Assembly (NCBI GenBank): GCA_963675755.2
Contig: CAXXMD010000003.1
Coordinates: 2,304,001 to 2,368,000 of the forward strand
Direction of reading: 5' to 3'
Source of the DNA: a bacterium
GTDB taxonomy: Bacteria; Zhuqueibacterota; Zhuqueibacteria; Residuimicrobiales; Krinioviventaceae
Length of the DNA stretch: 64,000 bases
This document shows positions 21,014-31,257 of this stretch, piece by piece. How positions within the stretch are numbered: the first letter of the stretch is position 1; every line of letters starts with the position of its first letter. Under the pieces are notes generated by a model. The model was given only the letters and a program-made list of their open reading frames with translations. It had not been told where the DNA came from and ran no database searches. Both the position numbers and the translations under genes were made by a program.

Positions 21014-24000
21014 ATGAAAATGAATTCAATATATAAAATAATGATCCTGCTGTTCTTGGTACCTGCACTCGTTTGGGGTGTTGTGTACAATGAGGCACGT
21101 ATTGTGGCATCTGATGGCGCCGCTGCAGATCTGTTTGGATTTGATGTTGATGCAACTCAATCCGTGATGATTGTTGGTGCCCCTGGTTATGATGGCAGTA
21201 CAGATGAATTGCTGAATAGTGGGGCTGCATATGTTTATTCCATAGACGGTTCACAATGGTATCAACAGACCATTGTAACTCCGGACAAACCTGCTGCTGG
21301 TGAATATTTTGGCAGCTCTGTAGCTATTGAAGGTACAACTCTGGTTATTGCAGCACCGGGAGATGTTGAGAGTGATCCCTCGGATAGTTATGCCGGAAAT
21401 GTTTATGTTTTTAATTATACCGGTGCAGTGTGGCAGCAAACACAGTTGTTGGTTCCCACTGTTGATGACCGGGCTGTTGGTGATGTATATGGTATTTCTG
21501 TAGATATTAGTGGCGATTATATTGCTGTTGGCGCTTCATTGCATGATCAGGAAGCTTTAGCAGATGCCGGTGTTGTTTATATTTTCAAAAAGAACGAGTC
21601 AACATGGACACATGTTCAAACAATTACAGCCAGCGATGCGGCTGCAGGAGATCAGTTTGGTCATGCTGTTTCTTTGGATGGTAATCATCTGGTTGTAGGT
21701 GCCAAAGGTAAAGACATTGTTGATCCACTGGTTACTGATGCGGGTGCCGCTTATTTTTTCACTCTTGCCAGTGAAACCTGGGGTCAGGTTTACAAATATC
21801 CTGAAAACAGTACTGTCCCTGCAAATTTTATAGGCTTTGGCAGTTCTGTTTCTTTATCCGGAACAACAGCCGTTGTTGGTTGTCCGGCTGATCAGACAAC
21901 TGACGGGTCTGTTTATGTTTTCAATTATGCGAGTGAGAGCTGGTCTCAAAATGGAGATTCTCCATTAACACCTGCCAGTCTGGATGAAAATACCTGGTGG
22001 GGTAAATCAGTTGTTACTGATGGTGAGTTGATTTTGGGTGGTGACTATGGTTACGGAACACATGGCGCTGCCTTTACTTATACTTTTGATGGTACAAATT
22101 GGGCATATGATCAAATGTTAACTCCTGAAACCAGTCAGGAAGCTGGTGGAGATATGTTTGGTTTTGCTGCTGCCCTTGCCGGCAACCAATTGGTTGTTGG
22201 TGCTCGTAATGGCATTGGTGGTGATGCCGGTACAGTTAATACCGCAGGCGCGGTATATGTCAACAGTCAGGTTCCATTAAATGCTGCATTTATGGGTGTA
22301 CCCACTACTGGTTATGCAGCACAGGAAATCGTTTTTACAGACCAGTCCACAGGTGATATTAGCGCATGGTTGTGGAATTTTGGTGATGGAACTACCAGTA
22401 CAGAGCAGAACCCGAGACACTATTATAATGCGGCAGGTATGTATACCGTATCCTTAACAGTGACCCAGGGTGTAGAAACCGATACGGAAGAAAAAGTAGA
22501 ATATATTACCATGCAGGAAACCCAAACTTTTGATGACTGGAAACGGGTACGTTTGGGTGCAGATGTAGAAGAATCGTTATATGATGTTCAGGTTTTGAAT
22601 GAAACCACGGCTATTGCCGTTGGCGGCTGGTCAAATGGTCATCTGTTGAAAACAACCGATGATGGAATGATTTGGTCACGCACAGATTTTAATGATAGAC
22701 TTTCTGATGTATATTTTGTAGATGATAATACTGGTTATATTGTAGGCAATAATGGTTTTATTGCCAAAACCACCAATGGTGGTGAAACCTGGTCAAGTTC
22801 TAACCATGCCAGTAACTATTATCATGACGATGTCTGGTTTACTGACGCCAATACCGGTTATATTATCGGCATCGACTATTTGGGATCAAATTCTGGTGGC
22901 TGGATTTTGAAAACTACAAATGGTGGTGAAAGTTGGACAGAGATCGCAGTTGATAAGGAAGTATACCCTCTGACTGCTATCCAGTTTGTTGATGCAAATG
23001 TGGGTTATGTTGTTGGTGGAAATACAGTGAATTCAAATTCCGGTTTTGTGTATAAAACTACCGATGCCGGTGCAACCTGGACCAAAGTGAAGGATACATC
23101 GCAAAAACTGTGGGATGTTCACTTTGTTAACGCCAATACCGGTTACGCGGTTGGCCGCGCGGGAATGCTGGTCAAGACAACCGATGCCGGTGCAACCTGG
23201 TCAGAGTATGTTTGGGCCAGTCCTCCTAAAAGCTTTTTATCCGTTGATTTTCTTGATGAAAATCATGGTTTTGTTGGAATGGAAGGTGCAGAGGTTGCAA
23301 TAACTGAAGATGGTGGCACAACCTGGACGATATCCGAATTGGGAAGCTTGTACCATTCATTAAATTCTGTTGATATGCATAGTTCCGGTGATGGCTATAT
23401 GGTAGGACAGAACGGAATTATTCTCAAATATGCTGTTGAACCCCTTCTTGCCGCTTTTCAGGCATCCCCGGTAACAGGTACAGTACCTCTGACAGTTAAT
23501 TTTACTGATCAGTCAACCGGTGATCCTGTTTCATGGAGTTGGAGCTTTGGTGATGGTTCTGTTGATGACAGCCAGAATCCTTCACATGTTTATGAATATC
23601 CCGGAACCTATACAGTATCACTGACTGTATCTGATGGTGAAGAACAAAATACCGCTCTAGAAACCAATCTGATTACGGTACGGGTAAATCAACCGGAAAA
23701 TTATAGCTGGACTTGTATTCCACGTGAAACCATGTTTCCCGGAGCAGACCAGCCTGTTGTAAACCAAATGGTTTTTGATCCCTTTGACAGCACGGTTGTA
23801 GTTGCAACCAGCCGGGGTGTTACCGAGTATTCCGGTATTTATTGGAGGAATTTTCAGGTAACCAATAATGGCAACTGGCCGCAGGTCAATGCAGTAGCTG
23901 TTGACAGTTCAGGACGTCGCTGGTATGGACTGAGTTCCGGTGTTAGAATGTTTAGTCCTACGGATACCACATTTCATGATCCTACGGAATCGGGAGTGAA

Positions 24001-27000
24001 TGATATTTATGTAGCACCCGATACTACGATCTGGATCGCAACTGATGCAGGCTTGGCACATTATGATTGGGAAACCTGGACTGTTTATACCAAAGAAAAC
24101 AGTGGACTGACAGAAAATCAGGTAAACCGTGTGACCAAGGTACCTGGTGATCCTATGATGCTTATAAGTACCAATGGCGGCGGCTTGAATGCTTTTGATT
24201 ACCAGGAAAATACCTGGGAAACTTTTACCTCCGAAGATGGCCTGCCTTATGATGTTGTATATAATGTTGTTTTTGGCAAGAATGGCCAAGCGTGGATGGC
24301 TCTTTACCATGGTGGAGTTGTAGAGTTTACTGATCAGGATAATTTTACCGTTCATACTCCTATTGATGATGGTGAAGCAGGATTGTATTATTCATCAGTT
24401 GGCGTTGACAGCAGCGGCAATATCTGGGCGGCAAGCGCAAATTCCGGAATTGCCCGTTACGATGGTGTCAGCTGGACGACTTTTGATGCAGAAAGTGCCG
24501 AGCTCTGTTCAGAAATGCCACGCGCTAAAAATATACTGGTTGAACCCAATGGTAACCTCTGGTTTGGTACTCAGGATGCTGGAATGATTCGTTTTGGTGC
24601 TCCTGAATCACAAGGTGTTGATTTTTATGCGAATGTAACTTCAGGGTACGCCCCATTGAATGTTCAGTTTTACGGTTTTGCATCGGGTGGTACGCCTACA
24701 TATTGGTCATGGGATTTTGAAAATGACGGTGATATTGATGTAGTTGGTGAAAATGAGCAAAATCCATCTTTTACTTTTTCTGATCCGGGTGTGTATACGG
24801 TTAAACTTTTTGCTCCTTTTGGTGCAAATAATCAGCAAAAAATTCGTTATGAATATATCCATGTGCTGGATGACAATGATGATGCCGGTGATTTGAGCGG
24901 ACAGATTACTGATGCGGTTAATGGTGATGGAATTCCGGGAGCAACGGTAAGACTGGGTGATTTAACCACAACCACTGATGTTGATGGCTATTACAGCTTT
25001 ACGGATGTGCCGGTTACGGATCTGGTTGCAGATTTTATCGCGAATCCGCGTTCCGGTAATGCTCCGTTGAATGTGCAGTTTTCTGACCTGTCAGCCTTCG
25101 GACGTATGCTCTTGTCAGTGTCTGCAACAGGATATACAGATTACTCTACTTTGGTGAATGTCTCCAGCGATGTGACCACTTTTAATGTATCCATGTCTCC
25201 GACAATTGAAGAAGGAGGTATGCGAATTGTATTGAGCTGGGGTGCAACACCTCTTGATCTGGATGTTCATCTGTTGACACCAGAGATAGAAGGCGAGGCA
25301 TACGAAGTATATTACAGCTATAAAGGAAACAGCAGTGCCGCACCTTATGCATTGTTAGATCTGGATGATACAAATGGCTATGGTCCTGAAACCATAACAT
25401 TGTACGATACTTTTACCGGAACTTATAAATGTTACGTGTACAACTATTCAGGTACACCGGCTATCACCGCTTCGAACGGAGTTGTGCGCATTTATAATGA
25501 TCAGGGAATTCTGGAAACCATTTATGTCCCCAATAACGGTGAAGGAAATTACTGGTATGTTTGTGATGTGGATGGCGCAACCGGTTCGGTTACTGTTGTT
25601 AATACACTAAGCAGTAGCGCACCGGATGGTGCTGTTTTCAACGCAGAACAGGCAGAAGTTAAACCCGAACTGCCGCAAATGGCCAGGAACAGTGGTGCAT
25701 CGACAAATGCGATTACCAGTTGGCAATGGGATTTTGATAATGACGGAACAGTAGATGCTACTGACCAGAATCCTTCATATACCTTTGAAGCCGGTGGTAC
25801 ATATACTGTAAAATTGACCGTTTCGGATGGTGAAAATACAGATACTGAAATTAAAGAAAATTATGTTACGGTTATAGGCAGCACCGGTTCAATCAATGGA
25901 TATGTAACCGATGCGGTAACCGGTAACGCGCTTGAGGGTGTAACTGTTACAATTGCCGGTCGTACCACAACAACCAATTCTGATGGATATTATCAAATCG
26001 ATAATGTTCCTCTTGCAGATATATCCGCAGCATTTTCCGCTTATCCACGATCTGGAAATGCTCCACTTTCTGTTCAGTTCCAGGACTTGTCGTCCTCAAA
26101 TTCTGAACGTGTTTACTTTAGTGTTGATGGGTATTATGCTTATAATCAGCTGGTTTCTCTTGATGATGAAGGTACAACGTTAAATGTATCTCTTTCACCT
26201 GAAGTGGGAGAAGGTCAGATGCGTGTTGTATTGACATGGGGCTCAGCACCCAGTGATCTGGATCTGCATATGCTTACACCCGAAATTGGTGGTAATCCAT
26301 ATGAGATCTATTACAGTAATAAAGGCAGCAGCGACAGTGCGCCTTTCGCAGAACTGGATATTGATGATACCAGTGCCTATGGTCCAGAAACCATTACGTT
26401 GTATGACCAGTTTACCGGAACCTACAAGGTGTTTATTCACAATTATTCCGGTTCACCCGATATTACTGCTTCGTCAGGTACCATACAGGTGTTTGGCGGA
26501 ACAGGGTTAATAGAAACAATCAATGTTCCGACTTCAGGAACAGGTCTCTACTGGTACGCCTGCGATATTGACGGAGCTACCGGAGCGGTTACTGTAGTTA
26601 ATACTATAGAAACGGTAGAGCCTGAAGGTGCAATATTGAATCCATTGACATATGCTGCCAAAGTACCACAGCCGCAGTTGTCTCAGGGAATCAGTACTGG
26701 TAATGAAGTTACTTCATGGCAATGGGATTTTGATAATGATGGCGTAATTGATGATGACTCTCAAAATCCAACTTTTGTTTACACTACACCGGGTACCTAT
26801 ACAGTAAAGTTGACGGTAAGTGATGGTCAACACTCGGATTCTGAAATTAAACAAGAATATATTACCGTTACCGGAAATTATGGTTCCATCAGCGGTAAAG
26901 TTATCGATGCGGTTACCGGTGATCCTCTTGAGAATGTTACCGTAACAGTAGCTGGTATGACAACTACAACGGATGCATCCGGTAATTATGTTTTGAACAA

Positions 27001-30000
27001 TGTTCCGCTTGAAACATTGTCCGCTGCATTTTCCGGATATCCCCGTACGGGTAATGCACCACTTGAAGTCCAGTTCCAGGACTTGTCTTCAGTTAATGCT
27101 CAGCGGGTATACTTTGATCTGGAAGGATATTACAGTTATAATCAATTGCTTTCTATTGCTGAATCGGGAACGGTTCTGAATATTTCTCTTTCACCCGAGA
27201 TTGGAGAAGGTCAGATGCGTGTTGTGCTTTCATGGGGTGATGCACCCAGTGATCTCGATTTGCATATGAAAACACCTGCAATTGAAGGTAACACCTATGA
27301 AATATACTATAGCAGCAAAGGCAGCAGCACAAGCGCTCCTTATGCTGAACTGGATATTGATGATACCAGTGCTTATGGTCCTGAGACTATAACATTGTAT
27401 GATCAGTTTACCGGAACATATAAAGTATTTATATACAATTATTCGGGTTCACCGGATATCGTGACCTCTGGTGCTTCTCTTCAGGTTTTTGGTGACACCG
27501 GATTAAAAGAAACAATCAATGTACCTACAAGTGGTGAAGGTCGCTACTGGTATGTTTGTGATATTGACGGTGCTACCGGCAATGTTACGGTTATCAATAC
27601 CATTGGTTCTTCTGCTCCTGAAGGTGCACTTTTTACACCGCAAACTTATACCGCCAAAGCTCCACAACCACAGTACTCTCAGGGTCCTTTGATGAATACT
27701 GAATCAACTACATGGAAATGGGACTTTGATAATGACGGTGTTGTTGATGATATTTCTCAAAATCCAACCCACATTTATTCCACTCCGGGAACCTATACAG
27801 TTAAATTGACTGTTTCCAATGGCGAAAATGAGGATGTGGAAATTAAAGAAAATTATGTGACCGTAAGCGGCAGCTATGCTACCGTTAGCGGTAGAGTAAC
27901 CGACGCAGTAAATGGTGATCCCATTGCCGGAGCAACTATAGTTATTGCCGGCCAAACCACTACAACCGACGAGAATGGTAATTACGAATTAACCAATGTA
28001 CTGGTGGGCTCACTTTCAGCTGATTTTACCGGTTCACCACGATCAGGTACCAATCCGCTCACTGTACAGTTTGAGGACAAATCTTCAACCGGTGCACAGT
28101 TGCTTTCAGTTTCTGCGGACGGTTATTATGGTTATGAACAGTTGACCTCTGTTGAAGGATCTGGAGTAACTGTGAATGTTGCATTGTCACCCGAGATTGG
28201 TGAAGGCCAGATGCGCGTTGTTCTTACCTGGGGAGATACTCCCTCAGATCTGGATATCCACATGCTGACCCCGACAATTGAGGGTAACAAGTATGAGGTG
28301 TATTACAGTAACAAAGGCAGCAGCACCAGCGCACCTTTTGTTGAACTGGATATAGATGATACCAGTGCTTATGGCCCGGAAACCATAACCATGTACAGTC
28401 GTTCTACAGGTACCTACAAGGTATATGTACACAACTATTCCGGTAGTCCGGAAATAACCCAATCCAATGGTACTGTGCAGGTTTTTGGAGATACCGGATT
28501 ACTTGAAACCATACAGGCACCTACAATTGGTGAAGGTGATTACTGGAATGTCTGCAATATTGATGGAGTGACTGGACAGGTGGTTGTAATCAATACTCTC
28601 ACTGAAGCCGAACCGGAAGGTGCTCTGTTTGGCAGTAATCCTCAATTTACGGATTTGAAACCGTCTGTTAATTATATTGAAACTGCATCTACCTCGGGTT
28701 CTGTTACCAGCTGGCAATGGGATTTTGATGGTGACGGTACAATTGATTCAGAAGAAGAAAATCCGGCATTTACCTATACCGAACCGGGTTCTTATACTGT
28801 TAAGTTAACAGTGTCAGATGGTTTGACTCAAAAGACACGAACACGAGAGAGCTATATTAATGTAGATGAAAATACCACAACAAGTGGGTATTACCTGCTT
28901 GTGCATGGTATAAATAATGAACAATTCCCCAAAATTAACACATATGTTTCTGTGATCGATACTTCCAACGACGATGCACGCGTTCAAGTTGTTGATGGTT
29001 TATCAATTGGCAATTTTGATATCACAGAAAATGGTATTGATGAAAGTGTTACCAGTGTCAACAAAGTCAGCAGCAGCTATCCTGCAAAACTGGATATGGT
29101 TTTTGCTGTCGATATCTCTACCAATATGGCAAGTACCGTTTCATCATTAAAAACATATCTCTCAGCTCTGGGAGATTCGCTGAGTGCTCACGGTATTGAT
29201 TATCGATTTGGTTTAGTAACCTATAGTGACGCTATCAGCACTGTTGGTGAATTAACATCAGACAGTAAACAGTTAAAAACCTGGTTTGAAACTCTTGAAA
29301 CAGTTTCTGATACTCAGGGCGATGGCGTAACCAATTCACTGCTCGCGGTTTACAAGGCATCCCGATTGGGATTCAGAAACTATGCGGCAAAAGCGGTAAT
29401 GGTTATCACCAATAATTTCCATTACACTACCGCTCAGATCAGCGGAGTTGAATATACTGATTCTTCTCTGGCATATATGTTGAAAGAACAGGGTATTGTT
29501 TGTCACTATATAGGACCAGACAGTGAGAACACTTCTTACATCCTGCCTTATGTTACAGGTGGCGCTTTGATATCCTATGAACAGAATATGAGCAATGTGA
29601 TTGACGATCTAAAAGAGGTAATAACATCACTGTATGTTGTTTCTTATACAACGCTGAATACATCTACCTATGATGGTACCCGCAGTGTAGTTGTCAAGGC
29701 CGTAAGTGGCGACAAGAACGGATACGGTACAGGTCGTTACTTTGTTGGTTCTTCACGACTGGTTACCGAACCCGCGCAGATTCTGGGACTTGTTGGCAAT
29801 TATGTTACCTTGAATATCAATGGCGAATCACTGGTGAATGTGGATTCCTGCTATATCAGTCTGGATTATGATACAACAGCTTTGGATTTTGTTGGTCATT
29901 ATGCCGGATCATTCCTGAGTCAGGATGGATCATCACTGATCGAATCCGTAACTGATGTAAATGGCAGAATTACCATTCAATTGGGACGTAATGTAACTGC

Positions 30001-31141
30001 CGGCACTGTTGGAATTAACGGAACCGGTACGCTTTACGCTCTGCGCTTCCAGATTTTGAGTACTACCAGCAGTAATCCCGTATCTTTCAGTTCTTTCAAT
30101 CTCTGGGATCCCAACAGTACGGCGATTGCGGTACAATCACAGAATCCTACATTGGAATCACCTTATGTAAGCGGTACAACCAATTCACGATTGCTGGGAG
30201 ATTTTGACAACAGTCTGGCAATAGATACCCGAGATTTTGTATTGCTGGCAACCTATTGGAATACCACAAATCCGACAAATGGTGATATTGGTCCGGCAAC
30301 CGGATCAATGCCGTTCCTGACTGCTACTCCGGATAATTTGGTTTCTTATGAAGATCTGTTTGTCTTTACCCAGATGTGGAACTGGTACCACGACAATTAC
30401 AAAAATACAGGCTCATCATTGTCCAAAGTTACCAATAAAATTGGTTGGGCCGATGTTCCTGATCAGGAAAAAGAACGCACGGTTAAATTGAATATCACTG
30501 CACAAGAGATTGCAAACCTGGGGATGGGACATTTACAGGTTAAATATGATCCTACGGTATTGCGTTACAAATCAGCCAGTGCAGGTGATCTGATTAGCGA
30601 TAATAATGCGGCAATTGCATTTTTTGCTGATGATCAGTCAAAAGCAGGTGTGTTGGATATATCTTTGTCTCGCCTTGCTTCTGCCGAAAATTCACCCGAA
30701 ATTGCAGGAACCGGTGTTCTGGCAACTATCGAGTTTGAACGTGTAGATCTGGCTGCAGAGTCACAGGTTACCTTGAACAAGGTTGATCTGCGTAACTCGA
30801 GCAATCACCAGTTTATTCTGATGAGTGACATAGAGACTCAGGTGGCTGGTATGAAATTACCAACCAAATTTGAATTGAGCCAAAACTATCCAAACCCGTT
30901 CAACAATCGTACGACATTCCAGTACAGTCTGCCTCAGGATTCAAAGGTAGAGATCACTATCTATAATGTATTGGGACAACCGGTAAGAACTCTGGTTAAT
31001 ACCAGAATGGATGCAGGTGTTCATAACAAGGTTTGGGATGGAAATAACGATGTTGGCAACCTGGTCAGCAGCGGTGTTTATTTTGTACAAATGAAAGCCG
31101 GTACCTTTAAACAAATACGAGAAATCGTTTTCCTTAAATAG
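21014..31141 (+). CDS. Giant secreted multidomain protein: FG-GAP propeller, PKD, YCF48/BNR propeller, PKD, Reg_prop propeller, PKD, 4x[CarboxypepD-reg/PKD/YfaP-like], VWA, cohesin, dockerin-like, cohesin, FlgD-Ig/T9SS-type CTD
   Basis: FG..V....VVGA repeats; KTTDGGxTW Asp-box repeats; DSSGNIW repeats; WDFDNDG...GTYTVKLTV; LDMVFAVDISTNM; GDFDNSLAIDTRDF; LSQNYPNPFN. Start set to ATG 21014 after AAGGAG; the ORF track uses 20999. Confidence 0.85.
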   Translation: MKMNSIYKIMILLFLVPALVWGVVYNEARIVASDGAAADLFGFDVDATQSVMIVGAPGYDGSTDELLNSGAAYVYSIDGSQWYQQTIVTPDKPAAGEYFGSSVAIEGTTLVIAAPGDVESDPSDSYAGNVYVFNYTGAVWQQTQLLVPTVDDRAVGDVYGISVDISGDYIAVGASLHDQEALADAGVVYIFKKNESTWTHVQTITASDAAAGDQFGHAVSLDGNHLVVGAKGKDIVDPLVTDAGAAYFFTLASETWGQVYKYPENSTVPANFIGFGSSVSLSGTTAVVGCPADQTTDGSVYVFNYASESWSQNGDSPLTPASLDENTWWGKSVVTDGELILGGDYGYGTHGAAFTYTFDGTNWAYDQMLTPETSQEAGGDMFGFAAALAGNQLVVGARNGIGGDAGTVNTAGAVYVNSQVPLNAAFMGVPTTGYAAQEIVFTDQSTGDISAWLWNFGDGTTSTEQNPRHYYNAAGMYTVSLTVTQGVETDTEEKVEYITMQETQTFDDWKRVRLGADVEESLYDVQVLNETTAIAVGGWSNGHLLKTTDDGMIWSRTDFNDRLSDVYFVDDNTGYIVGNNGFIAKTTNGGETWSSSNHASNYYHDDVWFTDANTGYIIGIDYLGSNSGGWILKTTNGGESWTEIAVDKEVYPLTAIQFVDANVGYVVGGNTVNSNSGFVYKTTDAGATWTKVKDTSQKLWDVHFVNANTGYAVGRAGMLVKTTDAGATWSEYVWASPPKSFLSVDFLDENHGFVGMEGAEVAITEDGGTTWTISELGSLYHSLNSVDMHSSGDGYMVGQNGIILKYAVEPLLAAFQASPVTGTVPLTVNFTDQSTGDPVSWSWSFGDGSVDDSQNPSHVYEYPGTYTVSLTVSDGEEQNTALETNLITVRVNQPENYSWTCIPRETMFPGADQPVVNQMVFDPFDSTVVVATSRGVTEYSGIYWRNFQVTNNGNWPQVNAVAVDSSGRRWYGLSSGVRMFSPTDTTFHDPTESGVNDIYVAPDTTIWIATDAGLAHYDWETWTVYTKENSGLTENQVNRVTKVPGDPMMLISTNGGGLNAFDYQENTWETFTSEDGLPYDVVYNVVFGKNGQAWMALYHGGVVEFTDQDNFTVHTPIDDGEAGLYYSSVGVDSSGNIWAASANSGIARYDGVSWTTFDAESAELCSEMPRAKNILVEPNGNLWFGTQDAGMIRFGAPESQGVDFYANVTSGYAPLNVQFYGFASGGTPTYWSWDFENDGDIDVVGENEQNPSFTFSDPGVYTVKLFAPFGANNQQKIRYEYIHVLDDNDDAGDLSGQITDAVNGDGIPGATVRLGDLTTTTDVDGYYSFTDVPVTDLVADFIANPRSGNAPLNVQFSDLSAFGRMLLSVSATGYTDYSTLVNVSSDVTTFNVSMSPTIEEGGMRIVLSWGATPLDLDVHLLTPEIEGEAYEVYYSYKGNSSAAPYALLDLDDTNGYGPETITLYDTFTGTYKCYVYNYSGTPAITASNGVVRIYNDQGILETIYVPNNGEGNYWYVCDVDGATGSVTVVNTLSSSAPDGAVFNAEQAEVKPELPQMARNSGASTNAITSWQWDFDNDGTVDATDQNPSYTFEAGGTYTVKLTVSDGENTDTEIKENYVTVIGSTGSINGYVTDAVTGNALEGVTVTIAGRTTTTNSDGYYQIDNVPLADISAAFSAYPRSGNAPLSVQFQDLSSSNSERVYFSVDGYYAYNQLVSLDDEGTTLNVSLSPEVGEGQMRVVLTWGSAPSDLDLHMLTPEIGGNPYEIYYSNKGSSDSAPFAELDIDDTSAYGPETITLYDQFTGTYKVFIHNYSGSPDITASSGTIQVFGGTGLIETINVPTSGTGLYWYACDIDGATGAVTVVNTIETVEPEGAILNPLTYAAKVPQPQLSQGISTGNEVTSWQWDFDNDGVIDDDSQNPTFVYTTPGTYTVKLTVSDGQHSDSEIKQEYITVTGNYGSISGKVIDAVTGDPLENVTVTVAGMTTTTDASGNYVLNNVPLETLSAAFSGYPRTGNAPLEVQFQDLSSVNAQRVYFDLEGYYSYNQLLSIAESGTVLNISLSPEIGEGQMRVVLSWGDAPSDLDLHMKTPAIEGNTYEIYYSSKGSSTSAPYAELDIDDTSAYGPETITLYDQFTGTYKVFIYNYSGSPDIVTSGASLQVFGDTGLKETINVPTSGEGRYWYVCDIDGATGNVTVINTIGSSAPEGALFTPQTYTAKAPQPQYSQGPLMNTESTTWKWDFDNDGVVDDISQNPTHIYSTPGTYTVKLTVSNGENEDVEIKENYVTVSGSYATVSGRVTDAVNGDPIAGATIVIAGQTTTTDENGNYELTNVLVGSLSADFTGSPRSGTNPLTVQFEDKSSTGAQLLSVSADGYYGYEQLTSVEGSGVTVNVALSPEIGEGQMRVVLTWGDTPSDLDIHMLTPTIEGNKYEVYYSNKGSSTSAPFVELDIDDTSAYGPETITMYSRSTGTYKVYVHNYSGSPEITQSNGTVQVFGDTGLLETIQAPTIGEGDYWNVCNIDGVTGQVVVINTLTEAEPEGALFGSNPQFTDLKPSVNYIETASTSGSVTSWQWDFDGDGTIDSEEENPAFTYTEPGSYTVKLTVSDGLTQKTRTRESYINVDENTTTSGYYLLVHGINNEQFPKINTYVSVIDTSNDDARVQVVDGLSIGNFDITENGIDESVTSVNKVSSSYPAKLDMVFAVDISTNMASTVSSLKTYLSALGDSLSAHGIDYRFGLVTYSDAISTVGELTSDSKQLKTWFETLETVSDTQGDGVTNSLLAVYKASRLGFRNYAAKAVMVITNNFHYTTAQISGVEYTDSSLAYMLKEQGIVCHYIGPDSENTSYILPYVTGGALISYEQNMSNVIDDLKEVITSLYVVSYTTLNTSTYDGTRSVVVKAVSGDKNGYGTGRYFVGSSRLVTEPAQILGLVGNYVTLNINGESLVNVDSCYISLDYDTTALDFVGHYAGSFLSQDGSSLIESVTDVNGRITIQLGRNVTAGTVGINGTGTLYALRFQILSTTSSNPVSFSSFNLWDPNSTAIAVQSQNPTLESPYVSGTTNSRLLGDFDNSLAIDTRDFVLLATYWNTTNPTNGDIGPATGSMPFLTATPDNLVSYEDLFVFTQMWNWYHDNYKNTGSSLSKVTNKIGWADVPDQEKERTVKLNITAQEIANLGMGHLQVKYDPTVLRYKSASAGDLISDNNAAIAFFADDQSKAGVLDISLSRLASAENSPEIAGTGVLATIEFERVDLAAESQVTLNKVDLRNSSNHQFILMSDIETQVAGMKLPTKFELSQNYPNPFNNRTTFQYSLPQDSKVEITIYNVLGQPVRTLVNTRMDAGVHNKVWDGNNDVGNLVSSGVYFVQMKAGTFKQIREIVFLK
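24887..28865 (+). repeat. Four tandem intragenic repeats of ~996-999 bp (~332 aa)
   Basis: Equivalent starts at 24887, 25886, 26882 and 27878. Shared motifs MRxVLxWG, DLDxH, DDTxxYGPETIT, WxWDFDxDG. Confidence 0.9.
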
Positions 31142-31144
31142 TAT

Positions 31145-31179
31145 AAAAGCCCCGGGTGCTCAGCCCGGGGCTTTTTTTT
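31145..31179 (+). terminator. Rho-independent terminator
   Basis: AAAAGCCCCGGG-tgctcag-CCCGGGGCTTTT followed by a T run, directly after the stop of the giant gene. Confidence 0.9.
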
Positions 31180-31257
31180 ATTCCTGCTTTTCGCTTTTCC
31201 TTATTTATATCTCACCTAATTCCTTGTATTCACAATTAATTCTTTGTACCTTTTAAA

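Noticed and set aside
24887-28865. Diversity-generating retroelement or shufflon behind the intragenic repeats
   Set aside because: Differences between copies are spread over synonymous sites rather than adenine-specific, and no reverse transcriptase or recombinase is in the window.
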